DNA of 64,000 nucleotides, taken from the NCBI GenBank assembly GCA_918797485.1, contig CAKKNE010000004.1, positions 1,426,001 to 1,490,000 on the forward strand, written 5' to 3'. The notes beneath the pieces were generated by a model. It made no database searches. It was not told the origin of the DNA and saw nothing but the letters and a program-made list of their open reading frames with translations. Below are positions 10,146-20,032 of this stretch, piece after piece. A program made the translations under genes and the position numbers. Positions within the stretch are counted from its first letter, which is position 1. Each line of letters begins with the position of its first letter. This DNA comes from Pelagomonas calceolata. Lineage: Eukaryota.

Positions 10146-11564
10146 ATGGCGATGGCGCGCGCATATATGATAGCCGCATGCCTCCCGCAAACGCTGGCAC
10201 TCCTCAGCGTCTCCGGCGTCGACGAGTGCCCCGGCGGTGTCGATGGCGGCTGGCACTACTATTCCGGACGGTGCTACAAGAAGTCCGAAACCATTGGTAC
10301 TTTTGAAGAATGCTGGCGCCAGATCTGCCCGCGGCTGGCCGGCGCCAACGCCACAAAAGTTGATATAGCGAGGTCCGGGCGGCCCTTCCTGCCCCCATGG
10401 ACAACCTCCACCTTAGCCTGCGTCACGGATCCCCAGCTCGACGAGTTCCTCTCGTCCACAGTAGGTGGGTCGATCGAAACCTACGGGAGCTGGGTCGGTT
10501 TGTATCAAGATCCCCACAACCGAAAGCACTCCCACAAAGGCTGGGACCTCCAGGCCTCGGCAACCTGTCAAGGAGTCACGTATGCCAATTGGTACACGGA
10601 CTGGGGCGAGCCGGACCACCATCTGGGCTGCGTCGAGTCTTGTGCCGTGATGGGGAGTATTGAGGAAGGTCTTAGTGGCTGGAGGGACGCGTCGTGTCGG
10701 TTGGCTTACCAATGTTTGTGCGAGTACCCCACGGCGCCCTCCGAGAGTCTATTGAGCGGCATCGAGCCGTACCACGACCGGACCTGTGACAAGGGGCGGT
10801 TGTTCTATGGCATATTTGTGCTCGCGGCGTGTACCGTTGCCGCGGCGGCGCTGTTGCTGTGCTGCGTGTTAGGTGTTAACAGAAGGAAGGCCACGCTATC
10901 GGGACACGGTGTGGGGTTATTTCCTTCCAGGAATGGTGGTCTCTATCAAATAGCGTCGGGCTTCGAAGGCGTGAATGCTTTACAGGTCAACAGATCCGCG
11001 AGAATCGTGCTCCAGCTCACGTTCTCGACGCTGTTCTTGGGCATTCTGGTCAAAGCCATCACGCTCGCATTATTCGAGAAGGTCCTACCGCGGGAGTACT
11101 CGGCATCGCCGGCCTTCGACCTCGCGTTTTACGTGATCTTCGCCTCGACGGCGGCCTGGATGTGCTACATGGCCGTCAAGACCGCCAATGAAGAATATGC
11201 GTGTGGCGCGACGTACCTGCAGGCCTTCCAGGCGCTGGTCTGGGCGCTGGCGGCGTCGTGTGCGTTTTCCCTGTTGTTGCTTGCTCTGATCGACGCGGCG
11301 GGCGAGCGGGTCGATCTCGTGGTCGTGCTGAACAACGTGGCCTTCGGCGGCTTGTACTTCGCCATCGGCGTCTTCACGGGGCGGCTGCAGCGGGACATCG
11401 ACGCATTGGACGAGCAGCCGCCGCCACCCGCCGACGGCGACGTGGAGCTGTCGCACATCGAACCGGACAGCGCGGAGGTCTTCGAGCCCAGTCCTGTGGA
11501 GACGGCGAACCCGATGCGGAGTACTGACGAGAGGCGTCCCGAGCCGGAGACGACGGAAGTATAA
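10146..11564 (+). CDS. C-type lectin domain membrane protein with about 5 TM helices
   Basis: CP..GWHYYSGRCY, WVGLY, YANW...GEPD...ESCAVM...WRDASC...CLCE lectin signature; signal-like N-terminus; five hydrophobic segments downstream. Confidence 0.8.
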   Translation: MAMARAYMIAACLPQTLALLSVSGVDECPGGVDGGWHYYSGRCYKKSETIGTFEECWRQICPRLAGANATKVDIARSGRPFLPPWTTSTLACVTDPQLDEFLSSTVGGSIETYGSWVGLYQDPHNRKHSHKGWDLQASATCQGVTYANWYTDWGEPDHHLGCVESCAVMGSIEEGLSGWRDASCRLAYQCLCEYPTAPSESLLSGIEPYHDRTCDKGRLFYGIFVLAACTVAAAALLLCCVLGVNRRKATLSGHGVGLFPSRNGGLYQIASGFEGVNALQVNRSARIVLQLTFSTLFLGILVKAITLALFEKVLPREYSASPAFDLAFYVIFASTAAWMCYMAVKTANEEYACGATYLQAFQALVWALAASCAFSLLLLALIDAAGERVDLVVVLNNVAFGGLYFAIGVFTGRLQRDIDALDEQPPPPADGDVELSHIEPDSAEVFEPSPVETANPMRSTDERRPEPETTEV

Positions 11565-11653
11565 CATTTTTAGTGTCTCCGTATCCGACCGGCGTAGCAT
11601 CGACGCCGTCGCGCCGCGGGCCCCTCGGAAGAAACGTACTATACTTTCATAAC

Positions 11654-13099
11654 TTAGTGCCTCCGCAGCGCCGGCGCCGACGACGGGCGCTCCTCCCACT
11701 CGACGCCCAATTTCCGGAGCAGTTCGTCGAGGTGCTGCGTGCCCCGCGTCTGCTTCTTCTGTGGACTATCTTCAACAGTAAGCTCGCTCTTCGCGGGCGA
11801 CGCCGGCACCACCGGAGCCCCGCCCGCCTTCAAGGTCAAGTACATGGCGCGCGACATGAGGCCCGACGGCACGACGAAGTCGCCTCCGCTTTTATCAGCA
11901 CCGCCTTCCTCGACCGCGCGGACGCCGGGCTCCGGCGCGAACAACGTGTCTTCGACCAGCGACAGCTGCTGGGCCTTCGCGAGCGGTCGTAAATGCGGTA
12001 ATTTGGCGTCTTCGTCGTCGGCCTTCAGCGAGAAGAAGCCCGCTTTCTTACGGGACTTGCGCCGCTTCTTCTTCTTCTTCCGCCGCCGCCTTCGCCCGTC
12101 GGCCGGCGCGGACTGCGGCCTCGCGTCCGTGAACTCGTAGGACGTCTCCGGCCGCGAGGGGGCCTCCTCCTCCGCCGCCGGCGCGGGCTGCTCCTCCTTC
12201 GGTTCCGACGTTCGTCCAAACAGCGGGCTCCGCGGCTGGGCGGGCGGCTCGTAGTACGTCCGTACCTCGACGGGCGGCGCGGGCGCCGGCGCCTCGACCT
12301 TCTTCTTGGGCTGGGGCGGCGGCTTCATATCGATCATGACGAGCCGTTCGTCGGCCCATTTTTTATTTTTGGCCTGGAGATAATCAAGGACGTGGTCGAA
12401 CACGACGACGTCGACCGGCGCCGTCCGCGAGTACTTGAGCGACCCTAGGACGGCCTGCACCTCCTTCAGGGACACGCGGTTCTGGAGATCGAGCCACCGC
12501 GCGAACGCCGAGACCTTCATATGCGTCTCGTCTTTGGAGGCCCTCCGAAAGAGCTCCTTCCTCTTTTCAGGTACCGGTGGTCTTTTTTCAGGTTCCTTGG
12601 CGGACCCGGGTCGCGCCGACGACGGCCTGGCACTTCTAGGCCTTCTTCTAGCCGGCGCGCTCGACGGTCGCCTCCTGGAACGGACGGCATTGGTAGCAGA
12701 GCCCGCAGCTTTAACAATTTGGACCTTGGGCCGGATGCCGATCTGTTTATTTGTTCTGTTGTCAATTAATTGCGGTGGGGGCTCAAGTGCAGGCGCGCCG
12801 AACGTCGGCCGGGCCGGCGCCTCGTGCAAATGGAGCGACGCCCACATGTCCTGGAGGAGCGACGCGGCGACGAGCGCCGGGGCGTCCTTCTTGTAGAGCG
12901 CTTCTCTCCTTGACGCCTCGTCGATCGACTCTTGCACCACATCGTTTACAATTGCTTCGGCCGGCGCCGGCGCGGCCGCCTCCGCAAGCTCGACCGGGGC
13001 CTCGACCGGCGCCGCGGGCTCTTGCTCCGGCTCGAAGCGCGGCGCCGGGCTCCGGCTCCGCCGCTTCGAGGGCGACGCGGGGTGGCTGCCCGACGGCAT
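11654..13099 (-). CDS. Hypothetical low-complexity protein with repeated RPxSAP motifs
   Basis: Long ORF, first ATG at 13099; RRPSSAP, RPQSAP, ERPSSAP; basic KKKKRRKSRKK cluster. Confidence 0.6.
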   Translation of the reverse strand: MPSGSHPASPSKRRSRSPAPRFEPEQEPAAPVEAPVELAEAAAPAPAEAIVNDVVQESIDEASRREALYKKDAPALVAASLLQDMWASLHLHEAPARPTFGAPALEPPPQLIDNRTNKQIGIRPKVQIVKAAGSATNAVRSRRRPSSAPARRRPRSARPSSARPGSAKEPEKRPPVPEKRKELFRRASKDETHMKVSAFARWLDLQNRVSLKEVQAVLGSLKYSRTAPVDVVVFDHVLDYLQAKNKKWADERLVMIDMKPPPQPKKKVEAPAPAPPVEVRTYYEPPAQPRSPLFGRTSEPKEEQPAPAAEEEAPSRPETSYEFTDARPQSAPADGRRRRRKKKKKRRKSRKKAGFFSLKADDEDAKLPHLRPLAKAQQLSLVEDTLFAPEPGVRAVEEGGADKSGGDFVVPSGLMSRAMYLTLKAGGAPVVPASPAKSELTVEDSPQKKQTRGTQHLDELLRKLGVEWEERPSSAPALRRH

Positions 13100-13538
13100 G
13101 ATTGATGGGGCTGCCCTTCCGGTCGCGGTCCGGCGGCGGTTGCCGGTGGCGCGCCGCGTGCCGGTCGCGGCTGCGCCTTTGTCGTCAGCCACTCGGGCCG
13201 AGCGGGCGAACACAGCGGCGCCGAGCGTCACAGCGCTGGTGCAGCGCCGCTGATCAACCGTGATGGGACTTTGGCGCGAGCCGTCGCTGGGGCGCCCGGA
13301 GAGGTCGATGGAGATTTGTCCCCGACGCTTCGACGGGGATCGGGATGCTTGCGGCTTGTACGGGTTTTTTCTGCCTTCGAGCGCGGTTTTGGTTGAATTC
13401 GCCTGGGCTACGCAAGTAACTGGCACGCGCGTCGTCGTTTCGATCGCTGCTGACGTGTTTTCATCGAAGCCTCGCGAAGAACCGGAGGTCTGGACGCACT
13501 GAACTCAAAAAACGCACCGAGCACCGAGCTTGATTTGA

Positions 13539-14804
13539 ATGATGCGGCGCGCGACGGCTGTTATCGGTCGCCAGACGGCCCTTATGGGTCGCCGGACGCT
13601 GTCCACGACAAGCCACGACGTCGTCGTCTGCGGCGGCGGCGTCGTCGGCTCGAGCGTCGCGCTCCACCTCCGAGCGAGAAGACCGGACCTGCGCGTCACC
13701 GTGCTGGAGCGGGACCAGACCTACGCCGCGGCGTCGGCGCCCTTAAGCGCGGGCGGCATCCGCCAGCAGTTCACGACGCCGGCGAACGTCCAGCTGTCGT
13801 GCTACGGCGCCCAGTTTCTGCGCGAGGGCCTCGCGCTCCTCTCGGGCCAGGACCCGCGCGAGGTCCAGGACCGGATCCAGTTCCGCGAGGCCGGGTATTT
13901 GACCCTCGCGTCGGAGCACGGTGCTTCCGCTCTGCGGGACAACGTTTCAATTCAACACGCCGGTGGCGCGGACTGGATCGACCTCTTAGACCCGACACAA
14001 CTCAGCAGAGAGTTCCCCTGGCTCTCTGTTGACGGTGTGGGCCTCGGCGCGTTTGGCCGGAAAAACGAGGGCTACTTCGACCCTTGGGGGCTATTGGACG
14101 CGCTGCGGCGCGGCGCGAAGGCGCTCGGCGTCCAATATATGAGTGGCGAGGCCGCGTCCCTCCAAGTCGACGCGGGCCGCGTCACCTCGGTGTTGCTCAA
14201 GGACGGGTCTTATCTGAATTGCGGCCTCGTGGTGAACGCGTGCGGCGCCCACGCGTCCGTATTGACGCCGTCGTTACCCATAGCACCTAGGAAAAGGTGC
14301 ATCTTCGCGATCAGCTGCCCTGCGGGTGATATCGAAAGGCCGCCGGGCGACGCGCCGCTGGTGGTGGACGTGAGCGGCTGCTACTTTCGGGGCGACGGCT
14401 CATCAGGCAGATATCTGTGCGGCGCGTCGCCAAAGGGAGCGGATCCGGACTGCGACGTGGACGCGCTCGAGACCGTAGATCACGCCTTGTTCGAGGAGGT
14501 CATCTGGCCCGCCCTTTACGAGCGCGTGCCGGCCTTCGAGAGCCTCAGAGTAGAGTCGTCCTGGGCGGGCCTCTACGAGTTCTGTACATTAGATCAGAAC
14601 GCGGTCGTCGGCTGGCACCCGGACGCCTCTAATTTGGTCGTCGCGGCGGGCTTCTCGGGCCACGGCCTGCAGCACGCGCCGGGCGTCGGGCGCGCCGTCG
14701 CGGAGCTGATCGACTCTGGTGGTTACGAGTCCATCGACTTAGGATGCCTGGACTACGGCCGCGTCGCGCGGAACGCGCCGCTCTTCGAGGCGAACGTGTG
14801 GTGA
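13539..14804 (+). CDS. FAD-dependent oxidoreductase, FOXRED1/DAO-family, mitochondrial presequence
   Basis: DVVVCGGGVVGSS, SAGGIRQQF, EGYFDPW, WAGLYE..LDQNAVVG, GFSGHGLQHAPGVGRAVAELI; Arg-rich N-terminus. Confidence 0.9.
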   Translation: MMRRATAVIGRQTALMGRRTLSTTSHDVVVCGGGVVGSSVALHLRARRPDLRVTVLERDQTYAAASAPLSAGGIRQQFTTPANVQLSCYGAQFLREGLALLSGQDPREVQDRIQFREAGYLTLASEHGASALRDNVSIQHAGGADWIDLLDPTQLSREFPWLSVDGVGLGAFGRKNEGYFDPWGLLDALRRGAKALGVQYMSGEAASLQVDAGRVTSVLLKDGSYLNCGLVVNACGAHASVLTPSLPIAPRKRCIFAISCPAGDIERPPGDAPLVVDVSGCYFRGDGSSGRYLCGASPKGADPDCDVDALETVDHALFEEVIWPALYERVPAFESLRVESSWAGLYEFCTLDQNAVVGWHPDASNLVVAAGFSGHGLQHAPGVGRAVAELIDSGGYESIDLGCLDYGRVARNAPLFEANVW

Positions 14805-14911
14805 CCGCCGCGCCCTCGTGTACATGCCGTCCTGTCCTGCTGTTCCTATCCTCCTCGTGTGTACTTTTGTAACTAGTCTCCCTTACCGTGATTAATTATA
14901 CGGGCGGGGGG

Positions 14912-16057
14912 TCACTGTATCTTAGACTCGGAAGTTTCTGAGTCCTGGCGCTCACGGGCGGCGAGCGCTGCGCGCGCTTTTTGCAGCATGAGTTCAGTGA
15001 TCTCTGCGGTCGGATGGGCGTCGCCGAACACGCGCCGCGCGGTCCGTTTCGTCTCCTCGAGCGTTGTCACGGCCTCGCGGACATCGGCGAGCGTGGCGGA
15101 GGCGTCGTGGTAGAGAGTCTGCGCGTAAGCCCGCCTCAACTTGAGCCAGAGATCATGACTATCTCCGAGAACTCGTCGTGCCACGGGCATCGTTCTGCGC
15201 ATCACTGACTTGGCTTCTGCGAAGCGCTTTAGGCGCGCAAGGGTACTTGCATAGTTGAAGGCAGCTCGGAGGGTCATTTCATGTTCCTCGCCATTGAGCT
15301 TCAGACGTCCGCGGTATACATCTCGCTCCATCTGTGAGGCCTGTTCTCCCCGTCCAAGCTCTTCATAAGTCATTGCGAGATTGGCCTGCACGGCGAGTAT
15401 GTTGTGTTCTGATGCGCCATTGCGCCGCAGAATAGCCAGCTCGGCCTCTCTCAGGGACAACGCTTCCTCGTGATGATCTGCAAGGAATAAACCGTTCCCA
15501 AGCATCGACATTGCCATCAGCCGAATCCCGACCGTCTCCGGCCGTCCCACATACGTCTTCCAGCACGCCCACCCGAGCGCGCACCGCACGACGCCGTGAT
15601 ACTCTTGCTCACACAAGCTGCAGGTTTGCCACCGCGCCACCACTGGATATCTTGGTTTATTGTTCTCCTCCGCCTCGGCGAACAAAATCCTCGCCTGCTC
15701 CGCCAGGCACGACACGTGCGCGAAGCCCGCCGTCCCGCGGCACGCACATCCGCGCACGAGGCCCTCCTTGGTTTTCCAGTGGAGGGCCTGCGTGCAGATG
15801 AAGCACGTCTGGCCTTTGGTGTCGTCCGCGCATTTCTCGACCGCGACCGCGACGGCCTCCGAGTACTTGCTATTTGCGTTGTATTGCTCGGCGCCACCAG
15901 CCTTTTTAATATATTTGCAGAGCTTATCGTGCCCGCCGTCCTTCCAGTGCTGCACCTGGCATTCGGGCCCGCAGTAGCGCGTGCTGCAGCGGCCGCATTT
16001 CTTGCCCAAGGATAAGCCAAGGTCGGTGGCGCAGACGGCGCATTTTGTGAGGATCAT
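14912..16057 (-). CDS. MYND zinc finger - RINGv - TPR-like repeat protein (copy 2)
   Basis: Same architecture as 7627-8946: CAVC...CGRCSTRYCGPECQVQHW, GCACRGTAGFAHVSCL, RRVFGDAHP. Confidence 0.88.
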   Translation of the reverse strand: MILTKCAVCATDLGLSLGKKCGRCSTRYCGPECQVQHWKDGGHDKLCKYIKKAGGAEQYNANSKYSEAVAVAVEKCADDTKGQTCFICTQALHWKTKEGLVRGCACRGTAGFAHVSCLAEQARILFAEAEENNKPRYPVVARWQTCSLCEQEYHGVVRCALGWACWKTYVGRPETVGIRLMAMSMLGNGLFLADHHEEALSLREAELAILRRNGASEHNILAVQANLAMTYEELGRGEQASQMERDVYRGRLKLNGEEHEMTLRAAFNYASTLARLKRFAEAKSVMRRTMPVARRVLGDSHDLWLKLRRAYAQTLYHDASATLADVREAVTTLEETKRTARRVFGDAHPTAEITELMLQKARAALAARERQDSETSESKIQ

Positions 16058-16201
16058 CCCGCAAATTGGGCAGCCCGACGGCGTCGTAGCTAGTTTTTTA
16101 TGGTAAGCCGCGTCGCAAAGAGCTAGCGTTCACACTCACACTAGGATTCACACGCGCAATTAAGCTAGCTCTAGGCTGCCCAAAGACATGGCTAGGCATT
16201 G

Positions 16202-17134
16202 ATGACGCCGGCGCTGCGCTGGCTCCTCGTGGCCGCCGCGCAGGCCCGGCCCGTCTTCGAGGTGCCCAAGCACCGCATCGACTGGAGTAGTGACAACGAT
16301 GCACAAAGCCAGTGCCGCGAGCCCGAGCGGCTGCCCAAAGCCATAAGGCAGCATTTGTACTTTTATGCGATGGTCTCGAGCGAGGACCCCGAGTTGCTAC
16401 GGCACTTCCTGGACTTTTATGCGGGGCGCGGTATACGGCTCGCGGAGAAGGGCCGCGCGTTACTCCTGCTGCACCCGCCATTAAACATGAATCGGACGAC
16501 GCACCGCCTGACCAAAAATATCGTAGATGGCGCCTTCGGCAGCGCCATCCACAAAAACGTGCGCGAGGTCGCGGACTTTTCTTCAGAAATAAAGAGGGAT
16601 TGTGCTAATGAGTTCTTAAAAAAGTTGCCGAAGGACGCTTTACTCATGTTCCCGGACTTGGATGAATTTTTTGACGCCCCCTCGAAAGACGTGGAGCGCA
16701 TCCTCAAAAAGTATGGTGCCGTATTGGGGCACATGGTCGATAGGGTGAGTGACGACTGGGCGCTCCGGAAGACGACCAAGACACCGCTGTGGCTCCAGTA
16801 CCCGCGGCGCTGCGCCGCGACGGCCGAACGGTTCCACGGCGCCAATACCAAATGGATGCTCGTGCCCCAATCTATTCGTTTTGCGACGGCGCATCACATC
16901 CAATCAGAGATACGAGTACCGCCCTCGCTGCCCTTCTCGCACTACCGCTTCACGGAGCGAAGCCTGACGCTACTGAAGAAAAAAAGGGACCTCTACCGCC
17001 AGCGGGGCATCTCGAGAAATAGGACGGAAGGCCGCGCGCACATCTACGACGTCGTCCTCTCGCATATTGCTGAAGGAGCCCTCTCGACCACGTTTCGGCG
17101 GAAAGTTAGGTGCGGCACAACATGTAACACTTAG
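16202..17134 (+). CDS. Secreted glycosyltransferase, GT-A fold (GT2_4/GT92-like)
   Basis: Signal peptide; LLRHFLDFY..RGI and LLMFPDLDEFF (DxDEF) motifs; FSHYRF near the C-terminus. Confidence 0.65.
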   Translation: MTPALRWLLVAAAQARPVFEVPKHRIDWSSDNDAQSQCREPERLPKAIRQHLYFYAMVSSEDPELLRHFLDFYAGRGIRLAEKGRALLLLHPPLNMNRTTHRLTKNIVDGAFGSAIHKNVREVADFSSEIKRDCANEFLKKLPKDALLMFPDLDEFFDAPSKDVERILKKYGAVLGHMVDRVSDDWALRKTTKTPLWLQYPRRCAATAERFHGANTKWMLVPQSIRFATAHHIQSEIRVPPSLPFSHYRFTERSLTLLKKKRDLYRQRGISRNRTEGRAHIYDVVLSHIAEGALSTTFRRKVRCGTTCNT

Positions 17135-18630
17135 TCCAGGACGTCCCCGGGGCGCTTCCCCTGCTGTCGGTACTTCTCCTCGCGGGCGAGGTACTCGTAG
17201 TACGGGTCGCCCTCCTCGACAAACTCGCGGAACGGGTCGGGTAAATTCTTCTTGCGCTCCCTCTCGGCGTCCTCCCTAGCCTTCCGCTGGGCCCGCGTCT
17301 CCCGGAAGCGCGGATCGACCGGCGACTCGCCCGCTTCTATTCTAGCAACAGCATCATCAATAGAACCATATTTCTTCCGCATTTGAGCCAACTCGACCAT
17401 GTGCGGCGTCGTCGCCAACTCCTCGTCGGCGCGCTTCTTCCTCGCTTCGAGCTCCCGCTCAAATTCATCTTTATATTCCTTAAGCGCGTGAGCATGCGCG
17501 CGTTCCCGCGCCGTCGCGAGCTGCGCCTCCCGCAGCTTGCGCTCCTTCTCCAATTCCTCGGCGGACGGCGGCGGCAGCTCGCCGCTCAGTTGTTTCTCTT
17601 TCCGTTTCATGGCGGCGAGCTTCGCTTTTTTCCGTTTTCTTTCTTCTTCTTTTTGTTTCTTCGCGGCGATGCGCTTTTCCTCGACGCCGACGGGCTCCAC
17701 GACTTGCGGCTTGGGCACGCCGTCTAGTATGGATTCGATGTCCGTCGGGGCGGGGTTCGGCGCCTTCATGTACGTTGCGAGGGTTTCCTCGACGTCTGCC
17801 GTTGATGGTAGGATCGGTTTTGGTTTTTCTGGTCTGGCGATGACGATCGACTGCAGTAAGTAGTTCCAGGGCGCCGAATCCTCACATAATGTGATTTGCA
17901 GCGTCTGGGCCTGGCCCGTCACGTTCTCCAGGGGACAGGTCCACCATCTCATGTCATACGACGCTGGCCGCCTTTGTAGACAGAGCTTCGTGCCGTCGAA
18001 CACCACGTCGACACCGCACTGCGTCCAATCAAAAGCGTCGGGCGAGCACGACTCTTCTATTCTTAGCTCCAAGCCCGTGGATGGTGTCAGCACGACCTCG
18101 ACGCGCAGACACGCCACGCCCGGCTCGAGGAACCGCCAGCAGTCCCTTCTACCATCTTCCGACACGGACCGCGTCGAGACGTGGGCCCTTCCAACGGACA
18201 CGTGGGGCTTGAAATCCGCGCTGAATTCGACGTGGAGACCATTCGTGACTTTGCCCTTTCGCCCGTGAGATATAAATTTGTTCTTGGCCTCCAACCTACG
18301 TTGCTCCTCCAGAGCAGCTTCGTCGAGACTCCCTCTCGAATTAAAGGTCGGGTTCTTCGTGAAGGCCGCGACGGCGCTCAGGCGCTTCTTGCCCAGGGAC
18401 TTCTGGATCGCCTCCTTCGCTCTTGCCGCGGTCTCCGTCTGCTCGACGGCGACCTTCGTCGCTGCGCGCTTGTCACAAGATGAGCAACAGCAGTTGCAGC
18501 AGCAGGGGCAGCAGTACCTGGCCCACCTCTTGGCCTTGCGCTCCGCCTGGAGGCGTGCAAGCTCCTGGTCATAGCGCTGCTCGTAGGCGGCGGAGGGCGG
18601 CTCCCGCTTCTTCGAGCACTTGGCGCCCAT
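17131..18630 (-). CDS. Hypothetical protein, likely N-myristoylated/palmitoylated, charged C-terminal coiled coil
   Basis: MGAKCS start, YCCPCCCNCCCSSC cluster, long ORF. Confidence 0.65.
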   Translation of the reverse strand: MGAKCSKKREPPSAAYEQRYDQELARLQAERKAKRWARYCCPCCCNCCCSSCDKRAATKVAVEQTETAARAKEAIQKSLGKKRLSAVAAFTKNPTFNSRGSLDEAALEEQRRLEAKNKFISHGRKGKVTNGLHVEFSADFKPHVSVGRAHVSTRSVSEDGRRDCWRFLEPGVACLRVEVVLTPSTGLELRIEESCSPDAFDWTQCGVDVVFDGTKLCLQRRPASYDMRWWTCPLENVTGQAQTLQITLCEDSAPWNYLLQSIVIARPEKPKPILPSTADVEETLATYMKAPNPAPTDIESILDGVPKPQVVEPVGVEEKRIAAKKQKEEERKRKKAKLAAMKRKEKQLSGELPPPSAEELEKERKLREAQLATARERAHAHALKEYKDEFERELEARKKRADEELATTPHMVELAQMRKKYGSIDDAVARIEAGESPVDPRFRETRAQRKAREDAERERKKNLPDPFREFVEEGDPYYEYLAREEKYRQQGKRPGDVLD

Positions 18631-18783
18631 GGCTCCACCCGAACGGTCGCGTCGTCCGGCGGGCAGCCGCGGCGGCGGCGTCGGGCAGCCTCTCCTCGGA
18701 GAGCAGCGCTGTAACCACTAGTGCCTGATTACGCTAGCTCTGTTGCGGGAAGTGGAACGCCGTCGGGCTGCCCAACTCGCCGA

Positions 18784-19998
18784 ATGTACCTCACAAAATG
18801 CGCCGTCTGCGCCACCGAGCTTGGGCTAACCTTGGGCAAGAAATGCGGCCGCTGCAGCACGCGCTACTGTGGGCAGGCCTGCCAGGAGCAGCACTGGAAG
18901 GACGGCGGGCACGACAAGCTCTGCAAGAAAATAAAGAAAGCAGGCGGTGCCGAGCAGTACAACGCAAATGAGAAATACGCGGAGGCTGTAGCGGTCGCGG
19001 CGGAGGCGTGCGCGGACGACACCAAGGGCCAGACATGCTATATTTGTATGGAGGCCGTGCACTCACGCACAAGAGAAGGTCTCGTGCGTGGATGCGCGTG
19101 TGGAGATCGTGATGGCGTCGCTTCCGGGAGGACGGGAATCGCGCATGTGTCGTGCTTAGCGGAACAGGCAAAGATTTTGGTTGCAGAGGCCGAGGAGAAC
19201 AATTTGGAATACAAGGTGAAGAGTAGGAGGTGGGAACGGTGGCACACCTGCAGCTTGTGTGAGCAAGAGTACCACGGCGTCGTGAAGTGCGCGCTCGGGT
19301 GGGCCTGCTGGAAAACGTACTTGGGTCGGCCTGAGATGAACGAGACTCGGGGCATGGCGATGAACCTACTTGGGCGCGGTTTATTTGCTGCAGAACATCA
19401 TGCGGACGCGTTATCCGTGAGTGAGGCCGAGTTGTCTTGGCTGCGGCGTCGTGGCGCATCAGTGAACGACATACTCATCGTCCAGAGCAACATTGCGAAT
19501 ACCTATGCATATCTAGGACGGCATGAACATGCCCTACAGTTGAAGCGAGATGTATACTCTGGCAGGTTGCGTCTCAATGGCGAAAAACATGAAGACACTC
19601 TTTTAGAAGCCAACAATTACTCGACTGCCCTTACTCGTCTAGATCGCTTCGAAGAAGCCAGGTCACTGCTGCGTAAAATAATACCCATAGCGCGACGCGT
19701 CCTCGGCGAGAGCTCTGACCTCACAATCAGGATGAGGGCGAACTACGCGATAGCGCTCTACAGAAACGATAGCGCCACGCTCGACGATCTCCGCGAGGCC
19801 GTGACGACGATCGAGGATACGGAACGGATCGCACGACGCGTGTTCGGCGGCGCGCACCCGATCGTGTCAAATATTGAGGCTTGCCTGCGAGACGGGCGAC
19901 TCGCGCTCCGGCGGCTCCGCCTCCGCGAAACGGTCCGGGGCGACGTGAGCGCCCTCCGAGATCTGATGGCCGCGATGCCGCCCCCAGGTAGTGCGTAA
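18784..19998 (+). CDS. MYND zinc finger - RINGv - TPR-like repeat protein (copy 3)
   Basis: ATG at 18784; same motifs, RINGv with a 7-aa insert (CACGDRDGVASGRTGIAHVSCL). Confidence 0.88.
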   Translation: MYLTKCAVCATELGLTLGKKCGRCSTRYCGQACQEQHWKDGGHDKLCKKIKKAGGAEQYNANEKYAEAVAVAAEACADDTKGQTCYICMEAVHSRTREGLVRGCACGDRDGVASGRTGIAHVSCLAEQAKILVAEAEENNLEYKVKSRRWERWHTCSLCEQEYHGVVKCALGWACWKTYLGRPEMNETRGMAMNLLGRGLFAAEHHADALSVSEAELSWLRRRGASVNDILIVQSNIANTYAYLGRHEHALQLKRDVYSGRLRLNGEKHEDTLLEANNYSTALTRLDRFEEARSLLRKIIPIARRVLGESSDLTIRMRANYAIALYRNDSATLDDLREAVTTIEDTERIARRVFGGAHPIVSNIEACLRDGRLALRRLRLRETVRGDVSALRDLMAAMPPPGSA

Positions 19999-20032
19999 AA
20001 GACGGGTTACTCGGGAGGAGGGGGGCGTCGAA

